A DNA stretch of 64,000 bases from a virus, in IMG/VR virus record IMGVR_UViG_3300022226_000004, positions 12,992 to 76,991 of that record; one strand, 5' to 3'. The translations under genes and the position numbers were made by a program. Positions within the stretch are counted from its first letter, which is position 1, and each line of letters starts with the position of its first letter. The notes beneath the pieces were generated by a model. That model was given only the letters and a program-made list of their open reading frames with translations. It had not been told where the DNA came from and ran no database searches. This document shows positions 10,530 to 19,672 of the stretch, in pieces.

Positions 10530-10826
10530 CTAGTCCTGATTTTGATCAGATCCTAGGACATCGCTGCGCATCTGCAACAATAATATTTCCGCCTTCCGGT
10601 AGTTCGCTGCCTTTCTGGCAACTAATTTAATGTCTTCGATCTGCATGGGATCAGTGGCACCTTCAAGCGAAGCTTCAATCAAAAGGTTCGCGGCCTCGAT
10701 GCCTGTCTCATCTGACAGGCTTGAAAAAGCCTGACACAAAAGGTCAAACGCTTCCGAGCGAAACAACTTCTCGAGCTTTGCCCGGTCCTGACTGCTGAAC
10801 TCGTCCCAAACTGTTTTCACTGGCAC
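10530..10826 (-). CDS. Small head-module protein
   Basis: 98-aa helical ORF in the usual position between portal and scaffold; overlaps the portal 3' end. Confidence 0.5.
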   Translation of the reverse strand: MPVKTVWDEFSSQDRAKLEKLFRSEAFDLLCQAFSSLSDETGIEAANLLIEASLEGATDPMQIEDIKLVARKAANYRKAEILLLQMRSDVLGSDQNQD

Positions 10827-13122
10827 TCCTTACTATTTGTTCAAGCTTCTGGGAAATCTCCACCAATGCGCTCTGAATGACAGGAACAGTCTCAAGCATC
10901 TCCTGCTGCCCTGCAACAGCCTCGGCCACTGGAGCAACGGTCTGTTCGACAATCGCCTGAGCATCGCCGGCCGCAGCAGCCCGGACTTCCTCGGCCAACT
11001 GGGCTAACTGTTGACGGAACTCATCTCCGCCCTGTCCCTGTTCGACTTGCTCCAGTTGCCTGGTTCGCTCAAGATTGGCTACCCTGAGCGTGAAATCTCT
11101 CGGCAGCCCAGCGATACGAATAATCTGATTGGTCAGAGCAATCGCTTGTTCTGCGCCTATCGCTGTTGCGGTAATTGGATTCGACAACAGTTGGATCAAA
11201 ATCTGACTCATCGAAACGGCAACTTCGGCGTTTGAGGTCCTGTCATCAGCATCCCTCGAACTGGCAAACCCCTCGAGAAGAAGAGCTTCCTTGGGACCCT
11301 CGATCTCCGCATTCTCCCCTTCGTTTGCTGCCGCCCTAGAAACAGTGAACCCAACCTCCTCTAATGCTTCGGCAGTCACTGGATGAACCGTCGCAATCTG
11401 CGAATACACCGTGTCCTGCCCATACGCCATCAACCCGTCATAAAGCTGCTTCTTCCAAGCCGCAATCCCGTCATCAATGAACCCACCGGTTAAGGCGATT
11501 CGGTTGGTCACATTGTTGCCGATCACCCTGACCTCTTCAGCTGTCTGCTCATGCGCAGCAACGGCCCCAACCTCCTGGGCTGAGAACACGAGCACTCGCT
11601 CCACCATGTCGAGCAGTGTCCGGAAAGCCCCGAGCAGCTCGACGGTGTTGAATAATGGAAACTTGACAGTGTGAAATGCCTCTCGAATGTCCTGCTGTGA
11701 CATTCTTACCTTCCGTCCGGAAAACGGGATGAAAGGGATGGAACGATACCACTTCTCCCCAAGATTCTGGAGTTCTTCGATGTGTTGCTGGGCTACCAGA
11801 TCCGAATTTACGAACACTGCTTGCGCCAAATTCTTCTTTGCGCTCAGGATTTGCTGCGACAACAAGTTGCTCATGTGATCCTGAAACGGTAGCAACTCAA
11901 GGCTCAGGCTGGCTGGATTCTTCCGCTCTTCGTGGGCGTCATACCCCATGTAAACCGCAGGAGTGTATAGAATCGGAGCCACGTAAAGAGGCGTGTCGTC
12001 ATTCGCCAAAACAAACCGCATCCAAATCGGGGCATCGTAATCCCCTAGGCCCCATTGCTTCGGCGTTAGGCGCATGAAGTGATCAGTCAAGACCACTCCC
12101 TGATCCCTGTCCTCTGTCGAAAAGAAGCCCACCCGAGACTCCCTGTCGTTTTCCCCTGCGCCAGACCTGGCGACTAATCCGTTATCATCACAGGATGGAA
12201 GGTTGATTGTGCATGGGCAGATCTGGCGCCTAAGAATGTCCCCCTTGGGAAGGATGCTTCCCGTGTTCTTCGATACTGAATCCTTGTTGAAGAAGGTCTC
12301 ACTGTCCTCGATCTCCGAGAACCTAACGACCCGCCAATACCCAAGAAACTCAACCCCGGTATTGGTGTTGATCGTTCCCAGACGATACCGATCGTCGTAG
12401 AAAGTTCTGCTGGGGTGCGGGATATTGTAGCGCAAGCCCTCCTTGATAATCCTGTCTTCAATCGAGTCGTCTTCACCAATCTCCTTGGCAATCTCGGTGA
12501 ACCAGTCTTCTGCGGGGAACGCCAGCATGGTCCCGTAATGCAGAGCATGAAAGATCATCTGCCTGAGCGTCGCACGATAGCCCAGCTGGTCAGACATGAA
12601 ACGAATCCTGTCGGTAATAATCTCAGTCCTGATTCTGTCCTGCCTGGTGCTCTTTGCGGGCTCATACTTCAGCAATGGGTGAAGGTCGCGATCAGCGAAC
12701 AGCTTGCTCCATCTGATGTTCAGGTAGGCTCGGACAAGCGGGATTATGATCTCGTTAAAGGTGGGCAAGTCTAGCTCCTTCTCAGACTTCTCCTCGGTGA
12801 CACGTGACGCCAATGCGTTGGTCATGGGTCGGTCATTCAGGATCTCGAGCGCCTCCTTTGACTTGCCGGCCTTCAAGCTACGTAAGGCCCCATGCATAAG
12901 AGTGGGGGTTATCTGGCGAAACGGCGCATCGTAAGCCATATCGATAGCCCACCATGTCCTCCACTGACTCAGGTTGCTGTCCCTGCCGTCTCGACTCCTT
13001 GAGCAAAGAAGATTGAGCAATGTCTTGAGCTTCCCCTGAAGCACCTTGCCCTCAGGAGTGAACTTGGGTCTCAGCTGCTCTGGCGTTAAACCGAACCTCT
13101 CTAGTTGATCAAATTTTATCAT
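10744..13122 (-). CDS. Portal protein
   Basis: 792 aa with a C-terminal coiled coil; P22-like size and layout (ALHYGT, EQTAEEVR); next to the terminase. Confidence 0.75.
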   Translation of the reverse strand: MIKFDQLERFGLTPEQLRPKFTPEGKVLQGKLKTLLNLLCSRSRDGRDSNLSQWRTWWAIDMAYDAPFRQITPTLMHGALRSLKAGKSKEALEILNDRPMTNALASRVTEEKSEKELDLPTFNEIIIPLVRAYLNIRWSKLFADRDLHPLLKYEPAKSTRQDRIRTEIITDRIRFMSDQLGYRATLRQMIFHALHYGTMLAFPAEDWFTEIAKEIGEDDSIEDRIIKEGLRYNIPHPSRTFYDDRYRLGTINTNTGVEFLGYWRVVRFSEIEDSETFFNKDSVSKNTGSILPKGDILRRQICPCTINLPSCDDNGLVARSGAGENDRESRVGFFSTEDRDQGVVLTDHFMRLTPKQWGLGDYDAPIWMRFVLANDDTPLYVAPILYTPAVYMGYDAHEERKNPASLSLELLPFQDHMSNLLSQQILSAKKNLAQAVFVNSDLVAQQHIEELQNLGEKWYRSIPFIPFSGRKVRMSQQDIREAFHTVKFPLFNTVELLGAFRTLLDMVERVLVFSAQEVGAVAAHEQTAEEVRVIGNNVTNRIALTGGFIDDGIAAWKKQLYDGLMAYGQDTVYSQIATVHPVTAEALEEVGFTVSRAAANEGENAEIEGPKEALLLEGFASSRDADDRTSNAEVAVSMSQILIQLLSNPITATAIGAEQAIALTNQIIRIAGLPRDFTLRVANLERTRQLEQVEQGQGGDEFRQQLAQLAEEVRAAAAGDAQAIVEQTVAPVAEAVAGQQEMLETVPVIQSALVEISQKLEQIVRSASENSLGRVQQSGPGKAREVVSLGSV

Positions 13123-13415
13123 CCTATCCGTGGGGTTTTCTCCAGGATTCGCATCCGCATCCGCATAGCCTTCGCCTCAATTGGGGCAGACCCCGTAACT
13201 GTTGCAATGATTCTGGTGGTAACTCTCAACCTCAATGGCACACCATCCCATGTAACTTCCGCCACCGAATTCCTGTCAATGACATGCTGAACAGACCTCT
13301 CGCTGCACCGATGGAGCCTTAGATTCTTAGCCATCAACGCCAGATTTACTGTCCCGTTTTCGTTTTGCGACGCTGCTATTTCAACTGATGCTCTTGTGTC
13401 AGGTTTGCGACCCAT
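13119..13415 (-). CDS. Hypothetical protein, first gene of the head operon
   Basis: In-frame ATG at 13415 (MGRKPDTRAS) directly after a promoter; ATGA coupling to the portal. Confidence 0.55.
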   Translation of the reverse strand: MGRKPDTRASVEIAASQNENGTVNLALMAKNLRLHRCSERSVQHVIDRNSVAEVTWDGVPLRLRVTTRIIATVTGSAPIEAKAMRMRMRILEKTPRIG

Positions 13416-13466
13416 CCTGTTCAATATCCCCTTGAGTCCAACCAATGGCAAGGGGATAATGATTTC
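13416..13466. promoter_or_regulatory. Overlapping divergent sigma70-type leaderless promoters
   Basis: Plus: TTGAGT(13432)-17-GATAAT-6nt-ATG 13467. Minus: TTGCCA(13451)-17-GATATT-7nt-ATG 13415. Inverted repeat TATCCCCTTG/CAAGGGGATA. Confidence 0.65.
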
Positions 13467-15002
13467 ATGCCAGTTGACGCGAACGGTAGGTGGTATCCAG
13501 ATATTTGTGGAAAGCAACTCGAAGTCTTCAACGCCAGGAAGCGCTACACTCTTGTTGACGGTCCAAAGAAAAGCGGGAAATCCATTGCCAATCTTCATCG
13601 CTTAGCGCGGCACTTGTGGGAGGTGCCCAGTAGAGTTGGAGTTTTCACTAAGACACTCCGCAATGCCAAGTCGGGAGGAGTCTGGAATGACTTGATCGAT
13701 ATTATCCTTCCGGAATGGTTCGATTCCGGGATCGGCATCCGGTTCACAACCAGAAAATCTGACGGAACCTACGGCCCAAAGCAGGATGCCAACACCAGAA
13801 TGCAATACTTCAAAGTCAGAAACTCTCATGGAACACAATCTGAGGTTCAGCTCCACTCCATTGACAACGAGAGGGAAGTCGAATCCATTGCCAAAGGCAC
13901 AAGGTTCTCGATGTTCTACTTTGCCGAGCTCTCAAATTTCAAGAACAGGCTAGTATTCGATATTACTAGCGATCAGCTCCGCATGCCATCAATTGCATTC
14001 GAAGATCACATGTGGCTTGCCGACACAAACCCTTCTGACGACGGGCCGGATAGTTGGATCTACAAGCTCTGGTATTCATTCTTGGAAATGGAGGACTGCC
14101 CCCAGCCAAACCTTCAGCGCCACCTCCAACGAATCCAGATAATGATTGAGGACAATCCCTATCTGAGCGAAGAAGAAGTCAATGACCTCAAGGAGCGCTT
14201 TGTCTACGACCCTGATCTTTACGCCCGATATATCGAGGGCAAATGGGTTCACGCAGTGAAGGACGCCTTGTTCGAAACCCAATTCAAGCCAGCCGTCCAC
14301 GTCCTGGGTAACACAGACGCTCTAGATGAGGATCAATGGGAAATCCTACTGCCGTCAGATAACTGCTCCCAACTTCTTTCAGGATGGGATCTTGGAGACC
14401 GCTATCATTCAGCACACATCGTTGAAAAAGTTTCGACAGCTAATGGGCAGACATTCCTTGTCCTTGACGAATGCTGCAAGCTCAACCCGGAGGAGCAAGT
14501 CTCAATCAAGGACTTCACGGAAGAATTCCTGGAGCTTTACGAGTTCTGGATGAAGCGGGCAATCAATGGGCGAGTAGGCCCGGACGGAAAACCAATACTC
14601 GAGATCCCGTGGGTTCACTGGGCTGATTCGCAAGCCTTGAATTCCTACCGCAGTGGAGCAGACAACTACGATGCAAACCTGGTCTACAGCTATTCAGATG
14701 CCCGAATCGCATTCAATGCTGCCCCTAAATTTCCTGGGTCAGTCCAAACCAGAATCCGTTTAGTCAAGACACTGTTGTTTGAGGGGAGGTTGCTGATCTC
14801 GGCTAAATGCCAATCTACAATCCAGATGTTCAAATCACTGAAGGCGGGAAGTGGCGCTAAGCCAATCGCTCCATCAAAACACAGGCATCCTTTTGATTCG
14901 TTGTCCTATCTCCTTGCCTCAGAAGAGCCATGGGGCCTCCTCGAGGATCTGGATAAAACCGGGAACGACGAAAAAGAGCCGGCCATTGTGATGATACAAT
15001 GA
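13467..15002 (+). CDS. terL: Terminase large subunit
   Basis: Walker A GPKKSGKS, Walker B variant FYFAE, motif III DTNP, DNPYL..RYIEGKW, RNase H-like nuclease GWDLG...HPFDSLSY. Confidence 0.9.
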   Translation: MPVDANGRWYPDICGKQLEVFNARKRYTLVDGPKKSGKSIANLHRLARHLWEVPSRVGVFTKTLRNAKSGGVWNDLIDIILPEWFDSGIGIRFTTRKSDGTYGPKQDANTRMQYFKVRNSHGTQSEVQLHSIDNEREVESIAKGTRFSMFYFAELSNFKNRLVFDITSDQLRMPSIAFEDHMWLADTNPSDDGPDSWIYKLWYSFLEMEDCPQPNLQRHLQRIQIMIEDNPYLSEEEVNDLKERFVYDPDLYARYIEGKWVHAVKDALFETQFKPAVHVLGNTDALDEDQWEILLPSDNCSQLLSGWDLGDRYHSAHIVEKVSTANGQTFLVLDECCKLNPEEQVSIKDFTEEFLELYEFWMKRAINGRVGPDGKPILEIPWVHWADSQALNSYRSGADNYDANLVYSYSDARIAFNAAPKFPGSVQTRIRLVKTLLFEGRLLISAKCQSTIQMFKSLKAGSGAKPIAPSKHRHPFDSLSYLLASEEPWGLLEDLDKTGNDEKEPAIVMIQ

Positions 15003-15042
15003 CCGGCCACTTACACACCCTCACGCCAACCTCCGCTGGCGC

Positions 15043-15297
15043 TCATGACTTCCCGCTCGGTAGGTTGCCATCGGCCGGATTTGGCCATGGCGTATAATGC
15101 TTTCCGTTCTCCTGTGACTTGTCCATGTTCCGGGATTGAACATACATCGCAAGCACAGCCAAGACCAGGGTGGAGAATGTCTCTGGCTCGAGCTTCTCTT
15201 CCTTGGTCAGATCCCAGGAACTAACCACAACAGACAACGCAATCAAAAACCGCGTTGTCTTCGCAAGCCTTGCCACATCCTGGAACGCCTTGATCAT
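15043..15297 (-). CDS. Holin-like two-TM membrane protein
   Basis: Two hydrophobic segments, 84 aa. Confidence 0.45.
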   Translation of the reverse strand: MIKAFQDVARLAKTTRFLIALSVVVSSWDLTKEEKLEPETFSTLVLAVLAMYVQSRNMDKSQENGKHYTPWPNPADGNLPSGKS

Positions 15298-15497
15298 GGG
15301 GCTGGCTGAGTCTGCCCCTTTTTTGCCCTAGCCTCAGTGATGTAATCGTCGTAGCCCTTCTGGGCTGTCTTGAACCAATCATCCATTTGCTGATCCGATA
15401 TGGAGTCAGCACGAAACAACATGAACATCTTTTGCGCGGCCGGCAGTCCGTATTTAAGGGCCAGCTGAGCAATGGTCATGATCATTTGTGGGGTCAT
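15294..15497 (-). CDS. Hypothetical protein (lysis cluster)
   Basis: 67 aa, ATGA-coupled on both sides. Confidence 0.5.
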   Translation of the reverse strand: MTPQMIMTIAQLALKYGLPAAQKMFMLFRADSISDQQMDDWFKTAQKGYDDYITEARAKKGQTQPAP

Positions 15498-15913
15498 AAT
15501 GCGGTAACTATAGCGCTAACGATTGCCAGGATGGAAGCGGATGATTCAGATAGGGAAAGGAGGGCGCGATCAACTGAGCTCTTGTCTCCGCCTCCAGAAT
15601 CACGCGCCGTTTTGTAGATCTGCCAGGCAGCCTCAGCTGCCTGCATGGCAGACTGGTAATCGCCGTAGGCGTTTCTGACGTTCAATTCATCCTCCTTGAG
15701 ATCCGAAAGCAACTGAGCCGATTTAGTGAACGATCCGGCTGAAGCTAAGGTCTCAGCCTCAGCTTCCACTGAAACATAGTAGTCCGCCCATGCCTTCATC
15801 GCGGCATCAACGGTCTCAGCTGTCGCCCCTATGGTCTTCTTGGAGCTCTGCTCAAACGTCGCACAGCCCACAAGGCTAGCTGCGATCAATACCCATAAAG
15901 CCTTCATCTTCAT
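15494..15913 (-). CDS. Lipoprotein (spanin-like?)
   Basis: MKMKALWVLIAASLVGC signal with lipobox; helical body. Confidence 0.6.
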   Translation of the reverse strand: MKMKALWVLIAASLVGCATFEQSSKKTIGATAETVDAAMKAWADYYVSVEAEAETLASAGSFTKSAQLLSDLKEDELNVRNAYGDYQSAMQAAEAAWQIYKTARDSGGGDKSSVDRALLSLSESSASILAIVSAIVTAL

Positions 15914-15921
15914 CGCCCTTC

Positions 15922-16461
15922 CTAACACTCGCAATAGCGCCCGACTTCGACCAACCCAACAGCGACCTGAAGCGCACCTTGCCCCGGAGCACGGAAGCCA
16001 ACGGAAATCTTCTCGCCGATGTCAGCCGGCTTGACAAGGTAATGCTCGGCAACGGGTTCGAAATTACCACTGCCCTGGGCAATCGGATGAACCGTAGTTT
16101 GGCAAACGACATCATCCACGTAAAAATCGATCAGGATCTTGCTCGCGCCAAACCCGTCTTTCCGGCTGCCAACTGACAGCGTAGCCAGATACAAATCGGT
16201 TCCGTCAGGGATCGTCTCGAGCTCTTGCTTGAGACCGTCCGTTTGCCCAGCGTAGGCGACATTGGGAGGAGTCGGAACCTGTCCCGCGTTGAAATAAACA
16301 GGGTTCGCCGGATTCCAAATGCCGCACGTGAAACTGAAGGCAAGCTTCCACAGGGTATCTGCTTCGAATTGCGCCTGGGTCGGTGAGTTGCCTGTTCGGA
16401 AGCCATTTGGAGGCAACGTGATGTTGTTGAAGTTGGCGTTTGCGACGGTTACGTTATTCAT
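15922..16461 (-). CDS. Beta-sandwich hypothetical protein with its own promoter
   Basis: Probable start ATG 16461 (MNNVTVANAN) after TTGACA(16497)-16-TACTTT. Confidence 0.5.
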   Translation of the reverse strand: MNNVTVANANFNNITLPPNGFRTGNSPTQAQFEADTLWKLAFSFTCGIWNPANPVYFNAGQVPTPPNVAYAGQTDGLKQELETIPDGTDLYLATLSVGSRKDGFGASKILIDFYVDDVVCQTTVHPIAQGSGNFEPVAEHYLVKPADIGEKISVGFRAPGQGALQVAVGLVEVGRYCEC

Positions 16462-16498
16462 ATCCCCCAAAAGTAGGCCAACCAACAACCCTGTCAAG

Positions 16499-17338
16499 CT
16501 AGAACACCCCATAAAAGCCATTCGTGCCCTCCAGGCGGTCTTCCTCGTCCGTGGCGTCAATCGTGTCTATTACGTGGCACTCGGAAAACTTGCCGATCGC
16601 GCCGGCTCCATGCAAGTAATTCGCACCTATCGTGACGCCAGCAAGCCCGTTAGTCCCTGGGTTTCCACCAGTTACCTTGGCATTGTTGTCAACGCGCAAG
16701 AATGAACTCGCCCCATCAAACCCCGCTGAGATAATCGAGGATGACGCGATCGCCATATCCGTGTTAGCGTTAGCGGACGCCCCGGCATATTGGTCAATCC
16801 TTGGAGACACGCCCTGAGTCCAAATCAACTGCCTGTTCGTCGCGTCTCTGCCATCCAGAATGCCGCGAGAAATAACCCAGGTGTCATGCTGCCAAACAAG
16901 CCAAAGAGTATTGGGCTGTGCCAGTGTCCCGGCTACAAAGGCAGTTGACTGAAGGGAATGCGTGCCTCCAAACGAGCAAGCAGGCTCCCCTTCGGCATTC
17001 CTGACCACCACCCCACCGGAAACAATGGCTGGCTGCAACGCCATTGTCGGCTGCTCAAGATTGGCTGACGAGACTATCTGCCCAATGACCGTTACAATGA
17101 AGCCGTTATCGGTAGGCCCGGTGCCAACAAACGAAAGAAGGTTGGCGGTATCTAGTCGCCAGTCAGGAGTTTGTGGAATGTTCTGCTCCGCATTGTCAGA
17201 GGATCTCCGAACCCTGATCAATGGGCCATTTGAAAGCGGATTAAGCCGGCGAGCGACAGACCACAGGGCATAGGCATTCTGGGAATAATCGAACAGCCTG
17301 GGCGAATGCAATCCGCCCCTTCTGGGCAATCTTCTCAC
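16499..17338 (-). CDS. ConA/LamG-like (arabinofuranosidase-B catalytic-like) virion protein, copy 1
   Basis: WSVARRL..GPLIRVRRSSDNAEQNI..LDTANLLSFVG...QPAIVSGG motif. Confidence 0.65.
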   Translation of the reverse strand: MRRLPRRGGLHSPRLFDYSQNAYALWSVARRLNPLSNGPLIRVRRSSDNAEQNIPQTPDWRLDTANLLSFVGTGPTDNGFIVTVIGQIVSSANLEQPTMALQPAIVSGGVVVRNAEGEPACSFGGTHSLQSTAFVAGTLAQPNTLWLVWQHDTWVISRGILDGRDATNRQLIWTQGVSPRIDQYAGASANANTDMAIASSSIISAGFDGASSFLRVDNNAKVTGGNPGTNGLAGVTIGANYLHGAGAIGKFSECHVIDTIDATDEEDRLEGTNGFYGVF

Positions 17339-17661
17339 ACTGCGGTATCCACGTAATCCCAGTTAGCAGCTCTTGCGGCTGCCTCCGGAAGCATTGTCCC
17401 AGCAAAAACAAAGTCCGGGATTCCAGGTGGCTTGACCCCGCCGGCAGCCCAGGCAGCTTCGACCTCCGCGAAGTTTTCAATGAATAGCCCAATCGCATGA
17501 GGAGGCCCAGGAATCTGCCTAGCCGGCGCATACCTGAATCGCGTGATCGTGTCAGGATCGGCTATGGTTGCAGGCGTTTGGAGCTCCTGCATCAGCTGGG
17601 CGGACAATGCTTCTGCCGTCCCCGCAGGGCCGGGCGTGGGTAATACTGATCCTCTTGGCAT
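17335..17661 (-). CDS. Hypothetical protein between the duplicated lectin-like genes
   Basis: 108 aa, coupled to neighbours. Confidence 0.55.
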   Translation of the reverse strand: MPRGSVLPTPGPAGTAEALSAQLMQELQTPATIADPDTITRFRYAPARQIPGPPHAIGLFIENFAEVEAAWAAGGVKPPGIPDFVFAGTMLPEAAARAANWDYVDTAV

Positions 17662-17663
17662 GA

Positions 17664-18500
17664 CTAATAGATTCCGTAGTAAGCGTTTATATTGTCTAGG
17701 CGCCCATCCTCGTCTGGTGTGCTAACCGTGTTGATCACGAACGCCTCATGAAATGACTGAATTGTCCCTGCACCCAAGATTGCATTTGCGCCAACCGTTA
17801 AGCCATCAATTCCGGCCGCTCCTGGATTCCCCCCAGTCACCTTAGCGTTGTTGTCAACCCTGGTGAACGAGCTGGCTCCATTAAAGCCAGCTGACACTAT
17901 GGCCGCTGTCCCAATGGAAAGCCCTGTGTTAGCATTAACTGAAGACCCGGCGAACTGATCGATCCTCGGCGTCACGCCAGCCGTAATAAGCGCGTTCCGA
18001 TTCGTCAGATCATTGCCATCCATGATTCCCCTAGCGATGACCCAGGTATCCAAAGATCCCACCCACCACAAGGTATTCGGCTGAGCCAATAGGCCAGTAA
18101 AGTTGGTTGTTTGAAGACCCATTGACCCATCAAACCTGGCGCAGGGTTTCCCGGTGGATGACGTTAAGATTGCCCCAACATCAACGATGCCTGGCTGTAG
18201 TGAAAATGTTGCCTGAACAAGGTTGGGCTGGAATAAGTTCTGAGAGTAGACGGTAGTAATCCAAGCCTGGTCGGTAGGCCCGGTGCCAGTGAAGGCCAGA
18301 ATGGCAGCTGTGTCTAGGTTTCCAACCCCATCAAATCCAACGTCTAGCTCATTGTTATCAAGACTTCGTCGGATTCGAATCAATGACGCTGAATACGCTG
18401 GATCCAACCTTCTGGATACAGAATACATCCCGATGGCGCTCGCCGTAAGGTCGAACACGTCACCGGAATGAATCCCGCCGCGCCTGCTTAGCCGTCTCAT
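17664..18500 (-). CDS. ConA/LamG-like virion protein, copy 2
   Basis: YSVSRRL..LIRIRRSLDNNELDVGF..LDTAAILAF; clear paralog of 16499-17338. Confidence 0.65.
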   Translation of the reverse strand: MRRLSRRGGIHSGDVFDLTASAIGMYSVSRRLDPAYSASLIRIRRSLDNNELDVGFDGVGNLDTAAILAFTGTGPTDQAWITTVYSQNLFQPNLVQATFSLQPGIVDVGAILTSSTGKPCARFDGSMGLQTTNFTGLLAQPNTLWWVGSLDTWVIARGIMDGNDLTNRNALITAGVTPRIDQFAGSSVNANTGLSIGTAAIVSAGFNGASSFTRVDNNAKVTGGNPGAAGIDGLTVGANAILGAGTIQSFHEAFVINTVSTPDEDGRLDNINAYYGIY

Positions 18501-18503
18501 GGT

Positions 18504-19244
18504 TTATGCTGTGTCTCCAGCTATGACCCAGGTGTCTGTGTCAATCTTCGTTAGAGTCGCAATCGCATGTTGCGCTCTCAAATTCGCTCCGTTCGCTGAT
18601 TGGATCGTGACCCCTGCCCCGGAAACCTGAACCTGTCCAGCACCGGATTGAAGTATCTCAATGCATGTCCCGATAGCGAAAGCGGCGACGGCATTTGTTG
18701 GGATCGTAAGCGTTACCGTAGTCCCGGCAGTAAACCGCTTGACCTTGCCATGGTCGGCCAAAACGAGCGTATAACTGGTCCCCGCCTCGGTCTCAATGTC
18801 GGCAACCGCAATGTTGGTTCCATGAATGTCACCCTGATCCTCTTGCGCCCAGTCCACGTGCTCGGCACCCACGAACCCCAACAGATTGTCATGGTTCACG
18901 ATCGCCTCAATCTCGCCGGCAGTCATTGACGCCCCGGCACCGCCTAGCGCAGCATCAATCAGGACACCATTAGCTGGCACAATTTGCTTCGCACCGTAGT
19001 TCGTGGAGATCGCAACACTAGCGGCGCCAGATATCGTGTCGGCTGGAACAAAGGCTTCGATCGTGATGTTGTTCGCGCCAGCCTGGCCATCCGCATCAAC
19101 CACAAACCAGCTTGACCCAGGAGGTGCGTTGGGTGGAATCCTTACCGTGATGGCACCTTGAGAGGTCCGGACAGCGATAACCCGATCGGAAACGAATGCG
19201 TTGTAATCGGCGCTGACAACTACTGTTTTTGGTGCAAATGTCAT
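18504..19244 (-). CDS. Tail fibre-like protein
   Basis: TSYTLVLADHGKV..TLTIPTNA.AF.IGT.IEILQSGAGQV...TDTWVIAGD is a common phage fibre C-terminal domain. Confidence 0.65.
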   Translation of the reverse strand: MTFAPKTVVVSADYNAFVSDRVIAVRTSQGAITVRIPPNAPPGSSWFVVDADGQAGANNITIEAFVPADTISGAASVAISTNYGAKQIVPANGVLIDAALGGAGASMTAGEIEAIVNHDNLLGFVGAEHVDWAQEDQGDIHGTNIAVADIETEAGTSYTLVLADHGKVKRFTAGTTVTLTIPTNAVAAFAIGTCIEILQSGAGQVQVSGAGVTIQSANGANLRAQHAIATLTKIDTDTWVIAGDTA

Positions 19245-19281
19245 TTTCTTCCCTGTGTTTGCCCTGCCCCAAGATCCTTGG

Positions 19282-19653
19282 TCATGGCTTTTTTTCGATT
19301 ACTTTTATCAACTGATCGATTTGTTGTTGTTGCTTGGAAACCCCTTCCTCAATTGCCTCCAAAGCACGAGGGCCAGCCGTGATTGTAGTGTAGGCCTCCT
19401 TGACTGCCAGACCTAAAATCAAAATGCCGACCGCCCACATGAACTTTTTCATGCTGGCAGCCCAAGTCACCAAGCGATCAATAGCGACAACGTGAGATTT
19501 CGCGGGATCGCCATTGCCTATTATGACCTTCCTGATTTCCCCTACATCCCTTTGCATATTCTCTAGAGCCGTCACCTTAACCTGCAAAGCTTTAAGCTCC
19601 TTTTCGATCCGCTCGAAACGTTCGGTCTCAGAGCATGGTAAATGAGTCTCCAT
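19282..19653 (-). CDS. Single-TM coiled-coil protein (holin/XhlA-like)
   Basis: Coiled coil followed by the TM segment FMWAVGILILGLAV. Confidence 0.45.
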   Translation of the reverse strand: METHLPCSETERFERIEKELKALQVKVTALENMQRDVGEIRKVIIGNGDPAKSHVVAIDRLVTWAASMKKFMWAVGILILGLAVKEAYTTITAGPRALEAIEEGVSKQQQQIDQLIKVIEKKP

Positions 19654-19672
19654 TCAATCATCTTAACACTTA

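Noticed and set aside
13416-13598. N-terminal extension of ORF 13119-13598 overlapping terL
   Set aside because: Promoter and ATG at 13415 give a non-overlapping gene
16499-18500. Diversity-generating retroelement TR/VR pair
   Set aside because: Whole-gene paralogs with differences not restricted to adenines; no reverse transcriptase in the window
15043-19653. Endolysin in the lysis cluster
   Set aside because: No recognisable muralytic motif in the window; it may lie outside
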